32,000 bases of DNA from Enterobacteriaceae endosymbiont of Donacia provostii (GCF_012570145.1 NZ_CP046206.1:242324-274323); one strand, 5' to 3'. Numbered from the stretch's first letter, positions 18,568 to 31,046 are shown. Numbers and translations: made by a program. The notes: generated by a model not told the origin, from the letters alone.

Positions 18568-18593
18568 TTATACACTCACTCTCTTATTAAAAA

Positions 18594-19214
18594 TTATTTA
18601 GAATATAACTCAATAATTAAATGTTCATTAATATCTGCAGGTAAATCAGAACGTTCAGGAAGACGTTTAAAAATTCCCTCCATGTTTTTAAAATTAACTT
18701 CTAACCAATTAGGTTTCTCTCTTTGAGAAAATAAATCAATTGATGCATTTACTCTTAATTGTTTTCTAGATTTTTCACATATTGATATTTTATCATTTAT
18801 AGATACTTGATAAGAAGCAATATTAACAATATTATTATTAATTTTTACAGATTTATGAGAAATTAATTGTCTAGCTTCAGCTCTTGTAACACCAAAACCC
18901 ATTCTATAAACAACATTATCTAATCTTTTTTCTAATAAACATAGTAAATTTAAACCAGTATTACCTTTTATACGAGAGGCTTTTTTATAATAATTATGAA
19001 ATTGACGTTCTAATATACCATATAATCTACGTAGTTTTTGTTTTTCTCTTAATTGTATCCCATAATCAGATAATCTAGATTTTTTTAAACCATGTTGTCC
19101 AGGAAATTGTTCTAATTTACATTTAGTATCAATAGAACGGACATTAGATTTTAAAAATAAATCAGTTCCCTCTCTTCTACATAATTTTAATTTTGGTCCT
19201 AAATATTTAGCCAT
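18594..19214 (-). CDS. rpsD: 30S ribosomal protein S4
   Basis: [23 protein letters not shown]...[16 protein letters not shown]. Confidence 0.97.
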   Translation of the reverse strand: MAKYLGPKLKLCRREGTDLFLKSNVRSIDTKCKLEQFPGQHGLKKSRLSDYGIQLREKQKLRRLYGILERQFHNYYKKASRIKGNTGLNLLCLLEKRLDNVVYRMGFGVTRAEARQLISHKSVKINNNIVNIASYQVSINDKISICEKSRKQLRVNASIDLFSQREKPNWLEVNFKNMEGIFKRLPERSDLPADINEHLIIELYSK

Positions 19215-19259
19215 TATATATTCCTAATATATCTAAATTTATTTAAAATAAAAAATTAT

Positions 19260-19649
19260 TTATACTCTTCTTTTTTTTGGAGGTCTACATCCATTATGAG
19301 GAATAGGTGTAACATCTGTAATATTTGTAATTTTAAAACCAGCATTATTTAATGCTCTAATAGTAGATTCTCTCCCAGGACCTGGACCTTTAACCATAAC
19401 TTCCAAATTTTTAATACCATAATTTTTAACTATTTCTGCACATTTTTCAGCAGCTACTTGTGCTGCAAAGGGAGTAGATTTTCTAGATCCTCTAAAACCA
19501 GATCCTCCTGCTGTAGCACATCCTAATGAATTACCTTGTCTATCAGTAATAGTAACAATAGTATTGTTAAATGAAGCATGTATATGTGCTATACCATCTA
19601 ATATATTTTTTTTAAAATTTTTTTTTAAATTTAAAGATTTTTTTTTCAT
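19260..19649 (-). CDS. rpsK: 30S ribosomal protein S11
   Basis: [22 protein letters not shown]...[14 protein letters not shown]...[16 protein letters not shown]. Confidence 0.97.
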   Translation of the reverse strand: MKKKSLNLKKNFKKNILDGIAHIHASFNNTIVTITDRQGNSLGCATAGGSGFRGSRKSTPFAAQVAAEKCAEIVKNYGIKNLEVMVKGPGPGRESTIRALNNAGFKITNITDVTPIPHNGCRPPKKRRV

Positions 19650-19669
19650 TATATATACCTAATATAATT

Positions 19670-20026
19670 TTATTTTTTTAAATATTTATGTAATTTTTTT
19701 CTAGTACGAGCATTAGTTTTAGTACGTTGTCCTCTTACAGGTAATCCTTTTCTATGACGTAATCCTCTATAACAACCTAAATCAACTAATCTTTTAATAT
19801 TTAAATTAACACTTCTTCTTAAATCTCCTTCTATTTGAAATTTTGATATAGTATTTCTTAATAAATCTATTTTTTCTTTTGAAAGTTGATTAATTTTAAT
19901 ATTTTCAGAAATATTTATTATTTTACATATATAAGAAGCATTAGATGTACCAATACCATAAATATATTTTAAAGCTATTATAATACGTTTATTATCAGGA
20001 ATATTTATTCCAGCTATACGAATCAT
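19670..20026 (-). CDS. rpsM: 30S ribosomal protein S13
   Basis: [26 protein letters not shown] matches the S13 N-terminus (118 aa). The ORF-track start at 20074 adds 16 non-homologous residues. Confidence 0.94.
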   Translation of the reverse strand: MIRIAGINIPDNKRIIIALKYIYGIGTSNASYICKIINISENIKINQLSKEKIDLLRNTISKFQIEGDLRRSVNLNIKRLVDLGCYRGLRHRKGLPVRGQRTKTNARTRKKLHKYLKK

Positions 20027-20074
20027 ATATTTTTCCTTTATTTTAATATAATATTTAAAATATATAAAATTCAA

Positions 20075-20191
20075 TTATCCTTGACGTTGTTTATGTTTAG
20101 GATCTGTTTTACAAACAACATGTATTATTCTATTCCTACGAATTATTTTACAATTACGACATATTTTTTTTATTGAAGTACGAACTTTCAT
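20075..20191 (-). CDS. rpmJ: 50S ribosomal protein L36 (not in the ORF track)
   Basis: Reverse complement from the ATG at 20189-20191 reads [38 protein letters not shown] then TAA. It lies between secY and rpsM as expected. Confidence 0.93.
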   Translation of the reverse strand: MKVRTSIKKICRNCKIIRRNRIIHVVCKTDPKHKQRQG

Positions 20192-20231
20192 TTTTTTATC
20201 TCCCAAATATTATAATATAATTTTTGTTAAA

Positions 20232-21560
20232 TTAATTTTTAAAATTTATTTTTTTGAGTATAGATTCATATTGAGTAGACATAATTAGCGTTTGAATTTG
20301 TGTAATAAAATCTATAATTACAACTATAACTATAAGTAATGATGTACCACTAAAATAAAAAGGCATAACAATAATATTACGTAAAAATTCAGGAATAAGA
20401 CATATAAATGTAATATATAAACTTCCAATTAATGTTAATCTCATGAGTATTTTTTTAATATATTTAGATGTTTGTTCTCCTGGACGAATTCCAGAAATAT
20501 AAGCACCTGATTTTTTTAAATTATTTGCAGTTTCTTTAGGACTAAAAATTAAAAAAGTATAAAAAAAACAGAAAAATATAATTGATAATACGTATAATAT
20601 GAGATATATCAATTGTCTAGGTTGTAAAGACATAGCAATATTTTGCATCCAATTATAATGAAAAATATGACTAAACCATGTAAATATGGTAGAAATTAAT
20701 AAAATAATACTAGAAGAAAATATTGCTGGTATTACTCCAGACATGTTAATTTTTAATGGTAAGTGAGTATATTGTTGCATATTGTAATTTTGTTTTCCAT
20801 AATATTTTCTAGCGTACTGTACTGTTATTTTTCTTTGTCCTTTTTCTATAAAAACAATAAATAAAGTAATTAAAAATATAAATAAAAATATTATAAAAAC
20901 ATTAAAAAAATTTAAATTGCCTAATTTTATTTGTAAAATTATTCTATTAACTGTAGAAGGTAAAGAAGATAATATTCCTATTACTATAATTATAGATACT
21001 CCATTACCAATACCTCTTTTTGTTATTTGTCTACCCAACCACATTAAAAATATAGTACCTGTAATTAAACTTATAACAGAAACTGTATAAAAATAAATAC
21101 CAGGATTTATTATTAAATTTTTAATACCTGTAAAACGAGATAATCCAAAAGTTATTCCTATTGCTTGCAATATAGATAAAACTAATGTACTATACTTAGT
21201 ATATTTATTAATTTTTTTTTTCCCAGTATCACCCTCTTTTTTTAAAGAAATAAAAAAAGGATGAAGTGATGTTAAAATTTGTATTATTATAGAAGCAGAT
21301 ATATAAGGCATAACTCCCAAAGCAAAAATTGATGATCTACTTAAAGCACCTCCTGAAAACATATTAAACATATCTATAATATTACCATGCTGTTTTAAAA
21401 TTAATGCATGTAATATGCTAGTGTTAATTCCAGGAATTGGTATAAAAGAACCTATACGAAAAATTATTATAGAACTTATAAAAAAAAGAAATCTTTCTTT
21501 TAATTCAAGAAGACCATTTTTAGTACTTTGAAAATTTATTTGGTTAAATGATTTAATCAT
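20232..21560 (-). CDS. secY: preprotein translocase subunit SecY
   Basis: 442-aa polytopic ORF with [26 protein letters not shown] and GIRPGEQT. At the end of the spc operon. Confidence 0.96.
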   Translation of the reverse strand: MIKSFNQINFQSTKNGLLELKERFLFFISSIIIFRIGSFIPIPGINTSILHALILKQHGNIIDMFNMFSGGALSRSSIFALGVMPYISASIIIQILTSLHPFFISLKKEGDTGKKKINKYTKYSTLVLSILQAIGITFGLSRFTGIKNLIINPGIYFYTVSVISLITGTIFLMWLGRQITKRGIGNGVSIIIVIGILSSLPSTVNRIILQIKLGNLNFFNVFIIFLFIFLITLFIVFIEKGQRKITVQYARKYYGKQNYNMQQYTHLPLKINMSGVIPAIFSSSIILLISTIFTWFSHIFHYNWMQNIAMSLQPRQLIYLILYVLSIIFFCFFYTFLIFSPKETANNLKKSGAYISGIRPGEQTSKYIKKILMRLTLIGSLYITFICLIPEFLRNIIVMPFYFSGTSLLIVIVVIIDFITQIQTLIMSTQYESILKKINFKN

Positions 21561-21567
21561 TTATTTT

Positions 21568-21996
21568 TTATTCCTCGATTATTCCACCTAATTTTTTAAT
21601 TATTATTTTTACGTTTTTTGTACAATTTAATTTAATAATTTTTTTAGGACTATCTATATTTCCTGTATTAATAATTTTAATATATTTAATTTTTTTACTA
21701 ATTATTTTACTAGATTTTAAAGTATTTAAATTAATATAACTTCCATTAATTTTATTTAAATCACTTAATCTAATTTCTTTAAAAAACATTTTTTTTTTTG
21801 ATTTAAAACCAAACTTAGGTAATCTTCTATGTAATGGACTTTGTCCTCCCTCAAATGTTTTATTAATATTATATCCAGAACGAGATTTTTGTCCTTTATG
21901 ACCTCTACCACTAGTTTTACCTTTACCTGAACCTATGCCTCTTCCTAATCTTTTTTTATTTTTTTTAATATTATAAAATAATTTATTTAAATACAT
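21568..21996 (-). CDS. rplO: 50S ribosomal protein L15
   Basis: [26 protein letters not shown]...[17 protein letters not shown]. Confidence 0.96.
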   Translation of the reverse strand: MYLNKLFYNIKKNKKRLGRGIGSGKGKTSGRGHKGQKSRSGYNINKTFEGGQSPLHRRLPKFGFKSKKKMFFKEIRLSDLNKINGSYINLNTLKSSKIISKKIKYIKIINTGNIDSPKKIIKLNCTKNVKIIIKKLGGIIEE

Positions 21997-21997
21997 A

Positions 21998-22177
21998 TTA
22001 ATATATAACCTTAATCATATAAGAAATTTTTTTAATCATACCCAAGATATGTGGTTTGTTATTTTTAATAACAGTATGTCTGATACGTTTTAATCCTAAA
22101 CTATTTAAAATTGCTTTATGTTTAGGTAATCTACCAATAGAACTTTTAATTTGTGTAATTTTAATTATTTTTAACAT
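21998..22177 (-). CDS. rpmD: 50S ribosomal protein L30 (not in the ORF track)
   Basis: Reverse complement from the ATG at 22175-22177 reads [59 protein letters not shown] then TAA at 21998-22000. Compare E. coli L30 ...[32 protein letters not shown]. Overlaps the rpsE 3' end by 17 nt in another frame. Confidence 0.92.
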   Translation of the reverse strand: MLKIIKITQIKSSIGRLPKHKAILNSLGLKRIRHTVIKNNKPHILGMIKKISYMIKVIY

Positions 22178-22691
22178 TTATTATATTCCTTTTTATTTCT
22201 TCTATAGTCTTATTTCTTTTAGCTGCAATCATTTTTAATGAATGAATGTTAGATAATCCTTTCATAGTTGCTTTAACAATATTAATAGGATTAGTAGATC
22301 CATATGCTTTAGCTAAAACATTATAAATTCCAACTACTTCTAATACTGCTCTCATAGCTCCCCCAGCTATAATACCAGTTCCTTCAGATGCTGGTTGTAT
22401 ATAAACAAAAGAACCAGTATGATATCCTTTAATAGGATATTGTATTGTATTATTTTTTATAAAAATATTAATCATGTTTTTTTTAGCTTTTTCCATGGCT
22501 TTTTGTATTGCACTAGGTACTTCTTTAGCCTTACCATATCCAAAACCTATTCTTCCTTTGCCATTACCTACTACTGTTAAAGCTGTAAAAGAAAACACAC
22601 GACCACCTTTAACTGTTTTAGATACTCTATTAACAGTAATTAATTTTTCTTTTAATTCATTATTTTGATTTTTATCATCATAAATATTCAT
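22161..22691 (-). CDS. rpsE: 30S ribosomal protein S5
   Basis: [49 protein letters not shown]...[15 protein letters not shown]. Confidence 0.96.
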   Translation of the reverse strand: MNIYDDKNQNNELKEKLITVNRVSKTVKGGRVFSFTALTVVGNGKGRIGFGYGKAKEVPSAIQKAMEKAKKNMINIFIKNNTIQYPIKGYHTGSFVYIQPASEGTGIIAGGAMRAVLEVVGIYNVLAKAYGSTNPINIVKATMKGLSNIHSLKMIAAKRNKTIEEIKRNIINVKNN

Positions 22692-22715
22692 AAATATTTT
22701 TCTTTTTTAAATTAA

Positions 22716-23069
22716 TTAAAAATTTAAACCTGTATTACGTGCAGAATTTGCTAATGCTTTAATACGTCCATGATATTTAAAACCAGATCGATCAAATGAT
22801 ACACTTAAAATACCTTTTTTAATAGATCTTTTTGCTATTTTAATACCTATTAATATAGAAGCTTTAATATTACCTGTATATTTTAATTTTTTTCTTATTT
22901 TTTTTTCTAAAGTTGAAGCTGTTACTAAAATTTTATTATCTTTTGAAATTATTTGAGCATATATATGTCTTGAGGTACGATGTATTAACAAACGTATATT
23001 GTTAAATTTTTGTAAATTTTTACGAAATTTCGTCGCTCTACGTATACGAGAATTTTTTTTAACATTCAT
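22716..23069 (-). CDS. rplR: 50S ribosomal protein L18
   Basis: [16 protein letters not shown]...[28 protein letters not shown]. Confidence 0.95.
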   Translation of the reverse strand: MNVKKNSRIRRATKFRKNLQKFNNIRLLIHRTSRHIYAQIISKDNKILVTASTLEKKIRKKLKYTGNIKASILIGIKIAKRSIKKGILSVSFDRSGFKYHGRIKALANSARNTGLNF

Positions 23070-23092
23070 TATTTTAAACCTTATTATAAATA

Positions 23093-23626
23093 CTATTTTT
23101 TCTTGGTTTCTTTTATTTTGATAATTTCATTATCATAACGAATTCCTTTTCCTTTGTATGGTTCTGGAGGGCGATAAGATCTGATATTTGCAGCTACTTG
23201 TCCTAATAATTGCTTATTTATTCCTTTTAAAATAATTTCATTTGAATTTAAACATTTTCCAAAAATACCATCAGGTATGGTATATGATATTGTATGTGAA
23301 AAACCAATCATTAAATATAATATATTGTTTTTAATAGAAAATTTATATCCCACACCAGATAATATTAATTTTTTTTTAAAACCTTTTGTAATTCCAATAA
23401 TCATAGAATTTACTAAAGAACGAACTGTTCCAGCTTGAGCCCATCCATTTTTACATTTAATTTTAGGTATAAATGATATTTTATTATTATTTAATATAAT
23501 TTTTACATTTTTATTAAAAATATTTTTTAATATTTTATTATTACCCATTATGCTTATAGTTTGTTTTTTAATAAAAACTTTAATATTATCAGGAATAATA
23601 ATTAATTTTTTTGCTATTCTAGACAT
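23093..23626 (-). CDS. rplF: 50S ribosomal protein L6
   Basis: [17 protein letters not shown]...GVGYKF...[16 protein letters not shown]. Ends in TAG (complement of 23093-23095). Confidence 0.95.
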   Translation of the reverse strand: MSRIAKKLIIIPDNIKVFIKKQTISIMGNNKILKNIFNKNVKIILNNNKISFIPKIKCKNGWAQAGTVRSLVNSMIIGITKGFKKKLILSGVGYKFSIKNNILYLMIGFSHTISYTIPDGIFGKCLNSNEIILKGINKQLLGQVAANIRSYRPPEPYKGKGIRYDNEIIKIKETKKK

Positions 23627-23642
23627 TAATTAATGTACCTCT

Positions 23643-24035
23643 TTAAGACACATAACATATAACTTCCCCACCTAATCCATAATGTCTTGCATAATAATCA
23701 GTCATAAGTCCTTTTGATGTTGAAATAATTGCAATACCTAAACCAGATATTACCTTAGGTAAGTTCCTTTTTTTTTTATAAATTCTTAATCCCGGGCGAC
23801 TAATACATTGTATTTTTTCTATAACACCTTTACCCTTAAAATATTTTAAATTAATTTCTAATAAAGTATTATTATTTTTTATAATACTATAATTTTTTAT
23901 ATAACCTTCATTTTTTAAAATTTCAGCAATAGATTTTTTAAATTTTGAATATTGCATAATAATTTTAGATTTAAAGGATAATTGACCATTACGTATTCTT
24001 GTAACCATATCTGCAACAGGATTTTGTATACTCAT
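23643..24035 (-). CDS. rpsH: 30S ribosomal protein S8
   Basis: [18 protein letters not shown]...ISRPGLRIY...[16 protein letters not shown]...[10 protein letters not shown]. Confidence 0.96.
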   Translation of the reverse strand: MSIQNPVADMVTRIRNGQLSFKSKIIMQYSKFKKSIAEILKNEGYIKNYSIIKNNNTLLEINLKYFKGKGVIEKIQCISRPGLRIYKKKRNLPKVISGLGIAIISTSKGLMTDYYARHYGLGGEVICYVS

Positions 24036-24072
24036 ATTAATATGATCCTATATTTTTTTTAAAAGTATAAAA

Positions 24073-24378
24073 TTACCAACTAGATTTTTTTAACCCAGGT
24101 ATATCTCCCTTCATTGCAGCTTCTCTTAATTTTATTCTACTTAACCCAAATTTTCTGAGAAACGCATGTGGTCTACCAGTTAATTTACATCTATTTCTTT
24201 GTCTAGATAAACTAGAATCTCTAGGTAAAGATTGTAATTTAAAAATAGCATCTAAACGAGATGTATTAGATGTATTTATATCAGAAATAATTTTTTTTAA
24301 TTTTTTTCTTTTTAAAAAAAATTTTTTTCCTAATTTTATACGTTTTAATTCACGTGCTTTAATACATTCTTTAGTCAT
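24073..24378 (-). CDS. rpsN: 30S ribosomal protein S14
   Basis: [51 protein letters not shown]. Confidence 0.96.
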   Translation of the reverse strand: MTKECIKARELKRIKLGKKFFLKRKKLKKIISDINTSNTSRLDAIFKLQSLPRDSSLSRQRNRCKLTGRPHAFLRKFGLSRIKLREAAMKGDIPGLKKSSW

Positions 24379-24391
24379 ATAAAACCTTTAT

Positions 24392-24931
24392 TTAAGATCT
24401 AAATGGGAAATTAAATGCTTTAAATAATGCATAACTTTCTTTATTTGAAATTTTGTTTGTAGTTATTGTAATATCTAATCCTCTTAAATAATCTATTTTA
24501 TCAAAATTAATTTCTGGAAAAATGATTTGTTCTTTTATACCAATACTATAATTACCATTTTTATCAAAAGATTTTTTTGATAAACCTCTAAAATCTCTTA
24601 TTCTAGGTAATACAATTAATAATAAACGATCAAAAAAATCCCACATTCTTGTTTTTCTTAACGTGACTTTACACCCGATAGGATATCCTTTTCTAATTTT
24701 AAAACTAGCTATAGATTTACGTGATTTAGTAATTAATGGTTTTTGACCACTAATAAGCATCAAATCATTAATAGCATTATCTAAATGTTTTTTATCAAGA
24801 ATAACTTTACCAACACCCATATTTAAAGTAATTTTTTTAATACAAGGTACCTGCATAATAGAAGTATATTTAAATTCTAATATTAATTTTTTAACTATTT
24901 TTGTTTTATACAAATTATATAATTTTAACAT
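24392..24931 (-). CDS. rplE: 50S ribosomal protein L5
   Basis: [18 protein letters not shown]...[16 protein letters not shown]...RDFRGLS...[17 protein letters not shown]. Confidence 0.96.
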   Translation of the reverse strand: MLKLYNLYKTKIVKKLILEFKYTSIMQVPCIKKITLNMGVGKVILDKKHLDNAINDLMLISGQKPLITKSRKSIASFKIRKGYPIGCKVTLRKTRMWDFFDRLLLIVLPRIRDFRGLSKKSFDKNGNYSIGIKEQIIFPEINFDKIDYLRGLDITITTNKISNKESYALFKAFNFPFRS

Positions 24932-24948
24932 TTAATATTATCTTTAAT

Positions 24949-25263
24949 TTATTTTAAAATTTCATTATTTGATTTAAAAAATCTTTTTTTAATTCCTTTT
25001 AAATATTTAATTTTTATTTTATCTATTTTATTTGTTTTGCTATTAAAAATAGCTATATTTGAAATATGAATTGCTGCTTCTTTTGTTATAATTCCTCCTT
25101 TATGTGATATTGCAGGATTAGGTTTACTATGTTTTTTTATAAAATTTATACCTTTAACAACCACAAAATTTTTTTTTATAAAATATTTAATTATACCTTT
25201 TTTACCTTTATCCTTTCCTACTAAAATCATTACTTCATCATTACAACGTAATTTACTTTTCAT
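24949..25263 (-). CDS. rplX: 50S ribosomal protein L24
   Basis: MKSKLRCNDEVMILVGKDKGKKG aligns with the E. coli L24 N-terminus and gives 104 aa. The ORF-track start at 25278 would add 5 residues, so the start choice is uncertain. Confidence 0.9.
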   Translation of the reverse strand: MKSKLRCNDEVMILVGKDKGKKGIIKYFIKKNFVVVKGINFIKKHSKPNPAISHKGGIITKEAAIHISNIAIFNSKTNKIDKIKIKYLKGIKKRFFKSNNEILK

Positions 25264-25282
25264 CTCTTTATATCTCATTAAT

Positions 25283-25654
25283 TTAAATAACTTCTGGAGC
25301 TAATGAAATAATTTTCATAAATTTTTCATTTCGTAATTCTCTAGTAATTGGTCCAAAAATTCTTGTACCAATTAATTGTTCATTAGTATCATTTAATAAT
25401 ACACAAGCATTATTATCAAAACGTATAATTGAACCATCAAAACGTCTTATCCCTTTTTTAGTTCTTACAATTACTGCTTTTAATACATCACCTTTTTTTA
25501 CTTTACCTCTAGGTATTGCATCTTTAATAGTAACTTTAATAATATCTCCAATATTAGCATATCGACGTCGTGATCCACCTAATACTTTGATACACATAAC
25601 ACTTTTTGCACCTGAATTATCTGCAATATTTAATATTGTATGTTCTTGTATCAT
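25283..25654 (-). CDS. rplN: 50S ribosomal protein L14
   Basis: [39 protein letters not shown]...[11 protein letters not shown]...[13 protein letters not shown]. Confidence 0.97.
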   Translation of the reverse strand: MIQEHTILNIADNSGAKSVMCIKVLGGSRRRYANIGDIIKVTIKDAIPRGKVKKGDVLKAVIVRTKKGIRRFDGSIIRFDNNACVLLNDTNEQLIGTRIFGPITRELRNEKFMKIISLAPEVI

Positions 25655-25744
25655 ATAATTTTATCTTTTTTTTTAATTATGGAAAATAATATATTATATA
25701 TTTTAATAAATTTTTATTAAAATTTATTAAATAATATGTTATAA

Positions 25745-25999
25745 TTAGGTTATTGATTTTTTTATAATTTTTACTAAAATCCAAGATTTAGTTTTAGATA
25801 TTGGACGAAATTCTTTAATCTCAACTAAATCTCCAATATTACATATATTTTTTTCATCATGTACATGTAATTTTGTAGTACGATTAATATATTTACCATA
25901 TATAGGATGTTTTATTAATCTATTAATATGAACAATGATAGATTTTTGCATTTTATTACTTATAACTTTACCTTTTAAGGTTTTTATTTTTTTTTGCAT
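25745..25999 (-). CDS. rpsQ: 30S ribosomal protein S17
   Basis: [16 protein letters not shown]...[21 protein letters not shown]...[18 protein letters not shown]. Confidence 0.95.
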   Translation of the reverse strand: MQKKIKTLKGKVISNKMQKSIIVHINRLIKHPIYGKYINRTTKLHVHDEKNICNIGDLVEIKEFRPISKTKSWILVKIIKKSIT

Positions 26000-26003
26000 G
26001 AAT

Positions 26004-26201
26004 TTATAATCCTTTCTTTTTTCTTTGAAATAAAATTTCTTTTATTCTTGCAATATTTTTTCTAGATTTTTTTAATAAGTGAGTATGTTTTAAATTTCCT
26101 AATGCTAATTGAATTTTTAAATTAAATTGTTCTCTAGATAAACTTAACAATTCATTTTCTAATTCTTGATTTTCTTTTTTTAAAAGCTCAGTTATTTTCA
26201 T
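26004..26201 (-). CDS. rpmC: 50S ribosomal protein L29
   Basis: 65-aa [23 protein letters not shown]...[14 protein letters not shown], between rplP and rpsQ. Confidence 0.93.
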   Translation of the reverse strand: MKITELLKKENQELENELLSLSREQFNLKIQLALGNLKHTHLLKKSRKNIARIKEILFQRKKKGL

Positions 26202-26213
26202 ATAATATTAATT

Positions 26214-26615
26214 TTATTTTTTTAAAAAAATTGTTTTAACAGATAATTTTGCTGCACCTAATTTTAGAGCCTGACGAGCTAGATCTTCTGAAATTCCATC
26301 AATTTCATATAAAATTCTTCCTGGTTGAATTAAAGATACCCAATATTCAACATTACCTTTACCTTTTCCCATTCTTACTTCTAAAGGTTTTTCTGTTATA
26401 GGTTTATCTGGAAAAATTCTAATCCATATTTTTCCTTGTCTTTTCATAGAGTGACTAATAGCTCTTCTTGCTGATTCTATTTGTTTAGAAGTTATTCTTC
26501 CTCGCTGTATAGCTTTTAAAGCATAAGTACCAAAATGAATATTCATACCTATAATAACACCACGATTTCTTCCTTTTTGCATTTTTCTAAATTTTGTACG
26601 TTTTGGTTGTAACAT
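26214..26615 (-). CDS. rplP: 50S ribosomal protein L16
   Basis: [19 protein letters not shown]...[15 protein letters not shown]...[31 protein letters not shown]. Confidence 0.97.
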   Translation of the reverse strand: MLQPKRTKFRKMQKGRNRGVIIGMNIHFGTYALKAIQRGRITSKQIESARRAISHSMKRQGKIWIRIFPDKPITEKPLEVRMGKGKGNVEYWVSLIQPGRILYEIDGISEDLARQALKLGAAKLSVKTIFLKK

Positions 26616-26619
26616 ACTA

Positions 26620-27342
26620 TTAATCTCCTTTTTTATTTGTATTCCTTTTTTTTTTCATTTTATAAGAATTATATGTAAAATTTTTTGTAAAATTAATTTT
26701 TTTTGTTAAATCATGTTTTAAAATCTCTCCTTTAAAAATCCATACCTTAATACCTATTATACCATAGGTAGTATGAGCTTCTGATAAACTAAAATCAATA
26801 TCTGCTCTTAAAGTATGTAATGGTACTCTTCCTTCTCTATACCATTCTGTACGTGCAATTTCTGTGCCCCCTAAACGACCACTAACTTCTACCTTTACTC
26901 CTTTTGCTCCTAATCTCATAGAATTTTGCACTGCTCTTTTCATAACTCTTCTAAACATAATTCTTTTTTCTAATTGTGTAGATATAATATCAGCTACTAA
27001 TTTTGCTTCTAATTCCGGTTTTCTGACTTCTGTAATATTAACTTGTGCAGGTACTTTTGTAATTTTTGAAATTATTTTTCTAAGTTTTTCTACATCTTCA
27101 CCTTTTTTACCTATAACTATACCAGGACGTGCTGTGTGAATATTTACCCTAATACTTTTAGATGGTCTTTCTATTATAACTTTAGAAATAGATGCTTTTG
27201 CTAGTTTTTTTTTTAAAAATTCTCTTACTTTAAAATCACTATATAAATAATTTGCATAATCTTTTTTATTAGCAAACCAAACAGAATTCCATATTTTATT
27301 TATTCCTAACCTTAAACCATTAGGATGTGTTTTTTGACCCAT
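26620..27342 (-). CDS. rpsC: 30S ribosomal protein S3
   Basis: [13 protein letters not shown]...[18 protein letters not shown]...[38 protein letters not shown]. The ATG at 27340-27342 is preceded by GGAGA (complement of 27351-27355). The ORF-track start at 27357 is a TTG inside that Shine-Dalgarno region. Confidence 0.95.
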   Translation of the reverse strand: MGQKTHPNGLRLGINKIWNSVWFANKKDYANYLYSDFKVREFLKKKLAKASISKVIIERPSKSIRVNIHTARPGIVIGKKGEDVEKLRKIISKITKVPAQVNITEVRKPELEAKLVADIISTQLEKRIMFRRVMKRAVQNSMRLGAKGVKVEVSGRLGGTEIARTEWYREGRVPLHTLRADIDFSLSEAHTTYGIIGIKVWIFKGEILKHDLTKKINFTKNFTYNSYKMKKKRNTNKKGD

Positions 27343-27357
27343 TATAATTATCTCCAA

Positions 27358-27693
27358 TTATGTTTTATCTGTTAAAATAATAGTAATATGACTTGTATAT
27401 TTTAAAATCCTATCTGATCTACCTTTAGCTCTAGGCATAATACGTTTCATATTAGTACCTAAATCTATATAAATTTTTTTTATTAATAAGTTATCTATAT
27501 CTATGCCATAATTATGTTCAGCATTAGATATAGCTGAATTTAATGTTTTTTTTATTAAAACAGCAGATTTTTTATTTGAAAAATTTAAGATATCTAAAGC
27601 TTTAGATATCTTTTCTCCTCGAATTAAATTAGCTATAATTCTTAATTTTTGTGTAGAAGAAGGAGCGTATTTATATTTTGATAAAATTTCCAT
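27358..27693 (-). CDS. rplV: 50S ribosomal protein L22
   Basis: [32 protein letters not shown]...AEHNYG...[23 protein letters not shown]. Confidence 0.95.
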   Translation of the reverse strand: MEILSKYKYAPSSTQKLRIIANLIRGEKISKALDILNFSNKKSAVLIKKTLNSAISNAEHNYGIDIDNLLIKKIYIDLGTNMKRIMPRAKGRSDRILKYTSHITIILTDKT

Positions 27694-27718
27694 TTTTTCC
27701 TACTTATTATATAATATT

Positions 27719-28006
27719 TTATTTTTTTAATGTTTTTTTAATTTTTTTATCAGCTGTATGTCCTCTATATGTACGTGTTGGAGAAAATTCACCTAGTTTA
27801 TGACCAACCATTTCATTAGTGATATATATTGGAATATGTTGACGACCATTATGTACAGCTATAGTTAATCCAATCATATTCGGAAATATAGTAGAACGTC
27901 TAGACCATGTTTTTAATGGTTTTTTATCTTTGTTTAATATTGCTTTTTCAATTTTTTTAAATAAATGTTTATCTATAAAAGGACCTTTTTTTAAAGAACG
28001 TGACAT
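27719..28006 (-). CDS. rpsS: 30S ribosomal protein S19
   Basis: [15 protein letters not shown].....[34 protein letters not shown]...[18 protein letters not shown]. Confidence 0.97.
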   Translation of the reverse strand: MSRSLKKGPFIDKHLFKKIEKAILNKDKKPLKTWSRRSTIFPNMIGLTIAVHNGRQHIPIYITNEMVGHKLGEFSPTRTYRGHTADKKIKKTLKK

Positions 28007-28025
28007 TCTATTACCTTTTTTTATA

Positions 28026-28847
28026 TTAAGTATTACGATGTTTTATAATGTATTTTTCTGTTCTTTTATTTTTTCTAGTTTTTTTACCTTTTGTTTTAAT
28101 ACCCCAAGGAGTAACAGGATGCTTACCGAAGTTTTTACCTTCACCTCCCCCATGGGGGTGATCAATAGGATTCATTGCTGTTCCTCTTACTGTAGGTCTT
28201 ATTCCTTTCCATCGTTTTGCTCCTGCTTTACCAAAAGATTTTAACATATGTTCATTATTACCAATTTCTCCTAATGTTGCTCTACAATTAGATTTTATTT
28301 TACGTATTTCTCCAGATTTTAATCTTAAACTTATGTAAGTTTCTTCTTTTGCTATTAATTGAACATATGTACCAGCTGCTCTAGCTATTTGTCCACCTTT
28401 ACCAGGTTTTATTTCTACATTATGTAAAATACTTCCAACAGGAATATTTTTTATAGGTAATGTATTACCAATTTTAATACTAACATTTTTTCCTGATTCT
28501 ACTATATCACCAATTTTTAAATTTTTTGGAGATAAAATATATGTTTTTACTCCATCTTTATATTTAATAAGAGCAATATTAGCAGAACGATTAGGATCAT
28601 ATTCTATTCTTTCTACTATAGCAGGAATATTATCTTTATTTCTTTTAAAATCTATAATTCGGTATAATTTTTTATGACCACCACCTATATGACGAGTTGT
28701 AATTTTACCATGATTATTTCTTCCACCTGATTTATTTTTTTTTACTATTTTAGGGTAAAAAGGTTTACCTTTATATAAAAAACTATTTACTACTCGAATC
28801 ATATGTCTCCTACCAGGAGATGTAGGTTTATATTTTTTAACTATCAT
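28026..28847 (-). CDS. rplB: 50S ribosomal protein L2
   Basis: KPTSPGRRH...[25 protein letters not shown]...[15 protein letters not shown]...[18 protein letters not shown]. Confidence 0.98.
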   Translation of the reverse strand: MIVKKYKPTSPGRRHMIRVVNSFLYKGKPFYPKIVKKNKSGGRNNHGKITTRHIGGGHKKLYRIIDFKRNKDNIPAIVERIEYDPNRSANIALIKYKDGVKTYILSPKNLKIGDIVESGKNVSIKIGNTLPIKNIPVGSILHNVEIKPGKGGQIARAAGTYVQLIAKEETYISLRLKSGEIRKIKSNCRATLGEIGNNEHMLKSFGKAGAKRWKGIRPTVRGTAMNPIDHPHGGGEGKNFGKHPVTPWGIKTKGKKTRKNKRTEKYIIKHRNT

Positions 28848-28863
28848 TTTTTAATTTTAACCT

Positions 28864-29169
28864 TTATAATTTTTTATTTGTATTAAAATTAATTTTTTGA
28901 TTTTTTTCTAAAGTTATATATGCTTTTTTCCAATTTTCTTTTTTGAATTTACATTTTTTGTTTTTTTTTCTTTTTCCCTTAATAATTAGGGTGTTAATAT
29001 TTTTTATTTTTACATTAAATATTTTTTTTATTACTCTTTTAATATCTATTTTATTTGCCTTTTTTAAAACTTTAATAATTATTGTATTTGTCTTTTCTTT
29101 AACTAAAGAAGATTTTTCAGATATATGTGGACCTTTAATAATTTTAAAATCAAATTCTTTTAAACTCAT
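28864..29169 (-). CDS. rplW: 50S ribosomal protein L23
   Basis: 101-aa ORF, IIKGPHISEKSS......NTIIIKV...A.K.DIK..IKKIF.VK...INTL, between rplD and rplB. Its start overlaps the rplD stop by 4 nt. Confidence 0.92.
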   Translation of the reverse strand: MSLKEFDFKIIKGPHISEKSSLVKEKTNTIIIKVLKKANKIDIKRVIKKIFNVKIKNINTLIIKGKRKKNKKCKFKKENWKKAYITLEKNQKINFNTNKKL

Positions 29170-29771
29170 TTTAACAACTCTTCTATATGTTTAATAGCAT
29201 TAATAGTTATAATTATTTTATTAGAATTAATTAAATTAACAGGATTAATATTTATTGAATTTGTAATTTTAATATTATATAAATTACGAGATGCTAAAAA
29301 TAAATTATTATTAACTAATGTAGTAATAATCATTATTTTTTGTGATAAGTATTTTTGTAATTTTTTAACTAAAATTCTAGTTTTTGGTTTATTTATTGTA
29401 AATTCTTTAAATAAAAGAATTCTATTTTCTTTAATTAGTTTTGAAAAAATACTTTTTAATGCATTACGAAACATTTTTTTATTAATTTTTTTATTATAAA
29501 TTTTATTTTTTGCAGCAAAAGTTACCCCCCCAGAACGCCAAATAGGGCTTTTTCTAGATCCTGCTCTTGCTTTTCCTGTGCCTTTTTGTCTCCATGGTTT
29601 TTTATTAGAACCTCTTACTTCTCCTTTATTTTTTTGTGCTTTAGTTCCTTGTCTACCTATTGTTCTATAAGATTCTATAACTTGATGTATTAATATTTTG
29701 TTATAATTTCTATTAAAAATAATATCTGAAACTATAACTTTATCTTTTGTATCTTCTGTTATAAGTTCCAT
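29166..29771 (-). CDS. rplD: 50S ribosomal protein L4
   Basis: RQGTKAQKNKGEVRGSNKKPWRQKGTGKARAGSRKSPIWRSGGVTFA. Confidence 0.96.
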   Translation of the reverse strand: MELITEDTKDKVIVSDIIFNRNYNKILIHQVIESYRTIGRQGTKAQKNKGEVRGSNKKPWRQKGTGKARAGSRKSPIWRSGGVTFAAKNKIYNKKINKKMFRNALKSIFSKLIKENRILLFKEFTINKPKTRILVKKLQKYLSQKIMIITTLVNNNLFLASRNLYNIKITNSININPVNLINSNKIIITINAIKHIEELLK

Positions 29772-29797
29772 TATACATCCTAAAATTAGTATATTTA

Positions 29798-30442
29798 TTA
29801 TTTATTTAAATTTTTTATTGCTGGTTTTACAATTACATTACTACCTGTATAACCTGGTACAGCTCCTTTAATAAGTAAAAGATTTTTAATTAAATCTACT
29901 TTTATAATATTTAAATTCTGTATAGTAATTTTTTTATTTCCTAACTGACCAGCCATTTTTTTTCCTTTAAATACTTTTCCTGGAGTTTGATTTTGTCCAA
30001 TAGAACCAGGAACTCTATGTGAAAGAGAGTTTCCATGACTAGAATCTTGTGTTTTAAAATTCCATCTTTTTACAGTACCAGCAAATCCTTTTCCTTTTGA
30101 AAAACCAGTAACATCTACTTTAACTATTTGTTTAAAAATATCAATATTTATTTTTTGACCTACATAAAATTTATTGATACTATAATCTTGAATACGATAT
30201 TCCCATAAAATAGAACCAGCTTCAGTTTTAGCTTTTAAAAAATGTCCTATTTCAGCTTTATTTATACGACTAGTTTTTTTAAAACCTGTAGTCATTTGAA
30301 TAGCATTATATCCATCATTTAAAATAGTTTTAATTTGTGTTACTCGGATATTTTCAAATTGTATAACAGTTATTGGAATAGATATACCTTCTTCAGTAAA
30401 AATTCTAGTCATTCCCATTTTTTTACCTATTAATCCAATCAT
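29798..30442 (-). CDS. rplC: 50S ribosomal protein L3
   Basis: [26 protein letters not shown]...[55 protein letters not shown]. Confidence 0.97.
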   Translation of the reverse strand: MIGLIGKKMGMTRIFTEEGISIPITVIQFENIRVTQIKTILNDGYNAIQMTTGFKKTSRINKAEIGHFLKAKTEAGSILWEYRIQDYSINKFYVGQKINIDIFKQIVKVDVTGFSKGKGFAGTVKRWNFKTQDSSHGNSLSHRVPGSIGQNQTPGKVFKGKKMAGQLGNKKITIQNLNIIKVDLIKNLLLIKGAVPGYTGSNVIVKPAIKNLNK

Positions 30443-30482
30443 ATATTATATACTCCACTATTATATTGAATATATTTTGTTT

Positions 30483-30812
<330 letters not shown>

Positions 30813-30994
30813 TTAAAAATTAAAGTAACTCTCTATAAAACATATATATATTGAGAGACCTATTATGATTTAATAAAAATAATTATATTATTATGACTTA
30901 TAATGTATAAATAAAGCAATATTTTTATATTTATAAAATGAAAAAAACTATTTAAAATAAAAAATTTATTTAAATATTAGATAAAAATTATTAA

Positions 30995-31003
30995 TGGTAT
31001 AAT
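30995..31003 (+). promoter_or_regulatory. Extended -10 promoter element TGGTATAAT upstream of ruvX
   Basis: TGnTATAAT match at 30995-31003, 43 nt before the ruvX ATG. The TG makes it rarer than the many chance TATAAT-like strings in this AT-rich DNA. There is no good -35. Confidence 0.25.
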
Positions 31004-31046
31004 ATAATTCATAAATATTATAAATTATATATAAAAGAATTTTAAA

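Noticed and set aside
22056-22668. Three plus-strand ORFs (22056-22238, 22395-22580, 22474-22668)
   Set aside because: They lie antisense to rpmD and rpsE, whose minus-strand translations match L30 and S5 end to end. These are shadow ORFs.
25655-25744. spc-operon promoter in the 90-bp rpsQ-rplN gap
   Set aside because: The position is right by analogy with E. coli, and TATAAT-like strings are present. Such strings occur everywhere in this DNA, though, so no specific -35/-10 pair can be defended.
26864-29194. Plus-strand ORFs 26864-27139, 27930-28244 and 28943-29194
   Set aside because: They are antisense shadows of rpsC, rpsS/rplB and rplW respectively. Their sequences are Phe/Leu/Ile low complexity, the complement of Lys/Asn/Ile-rich genes.
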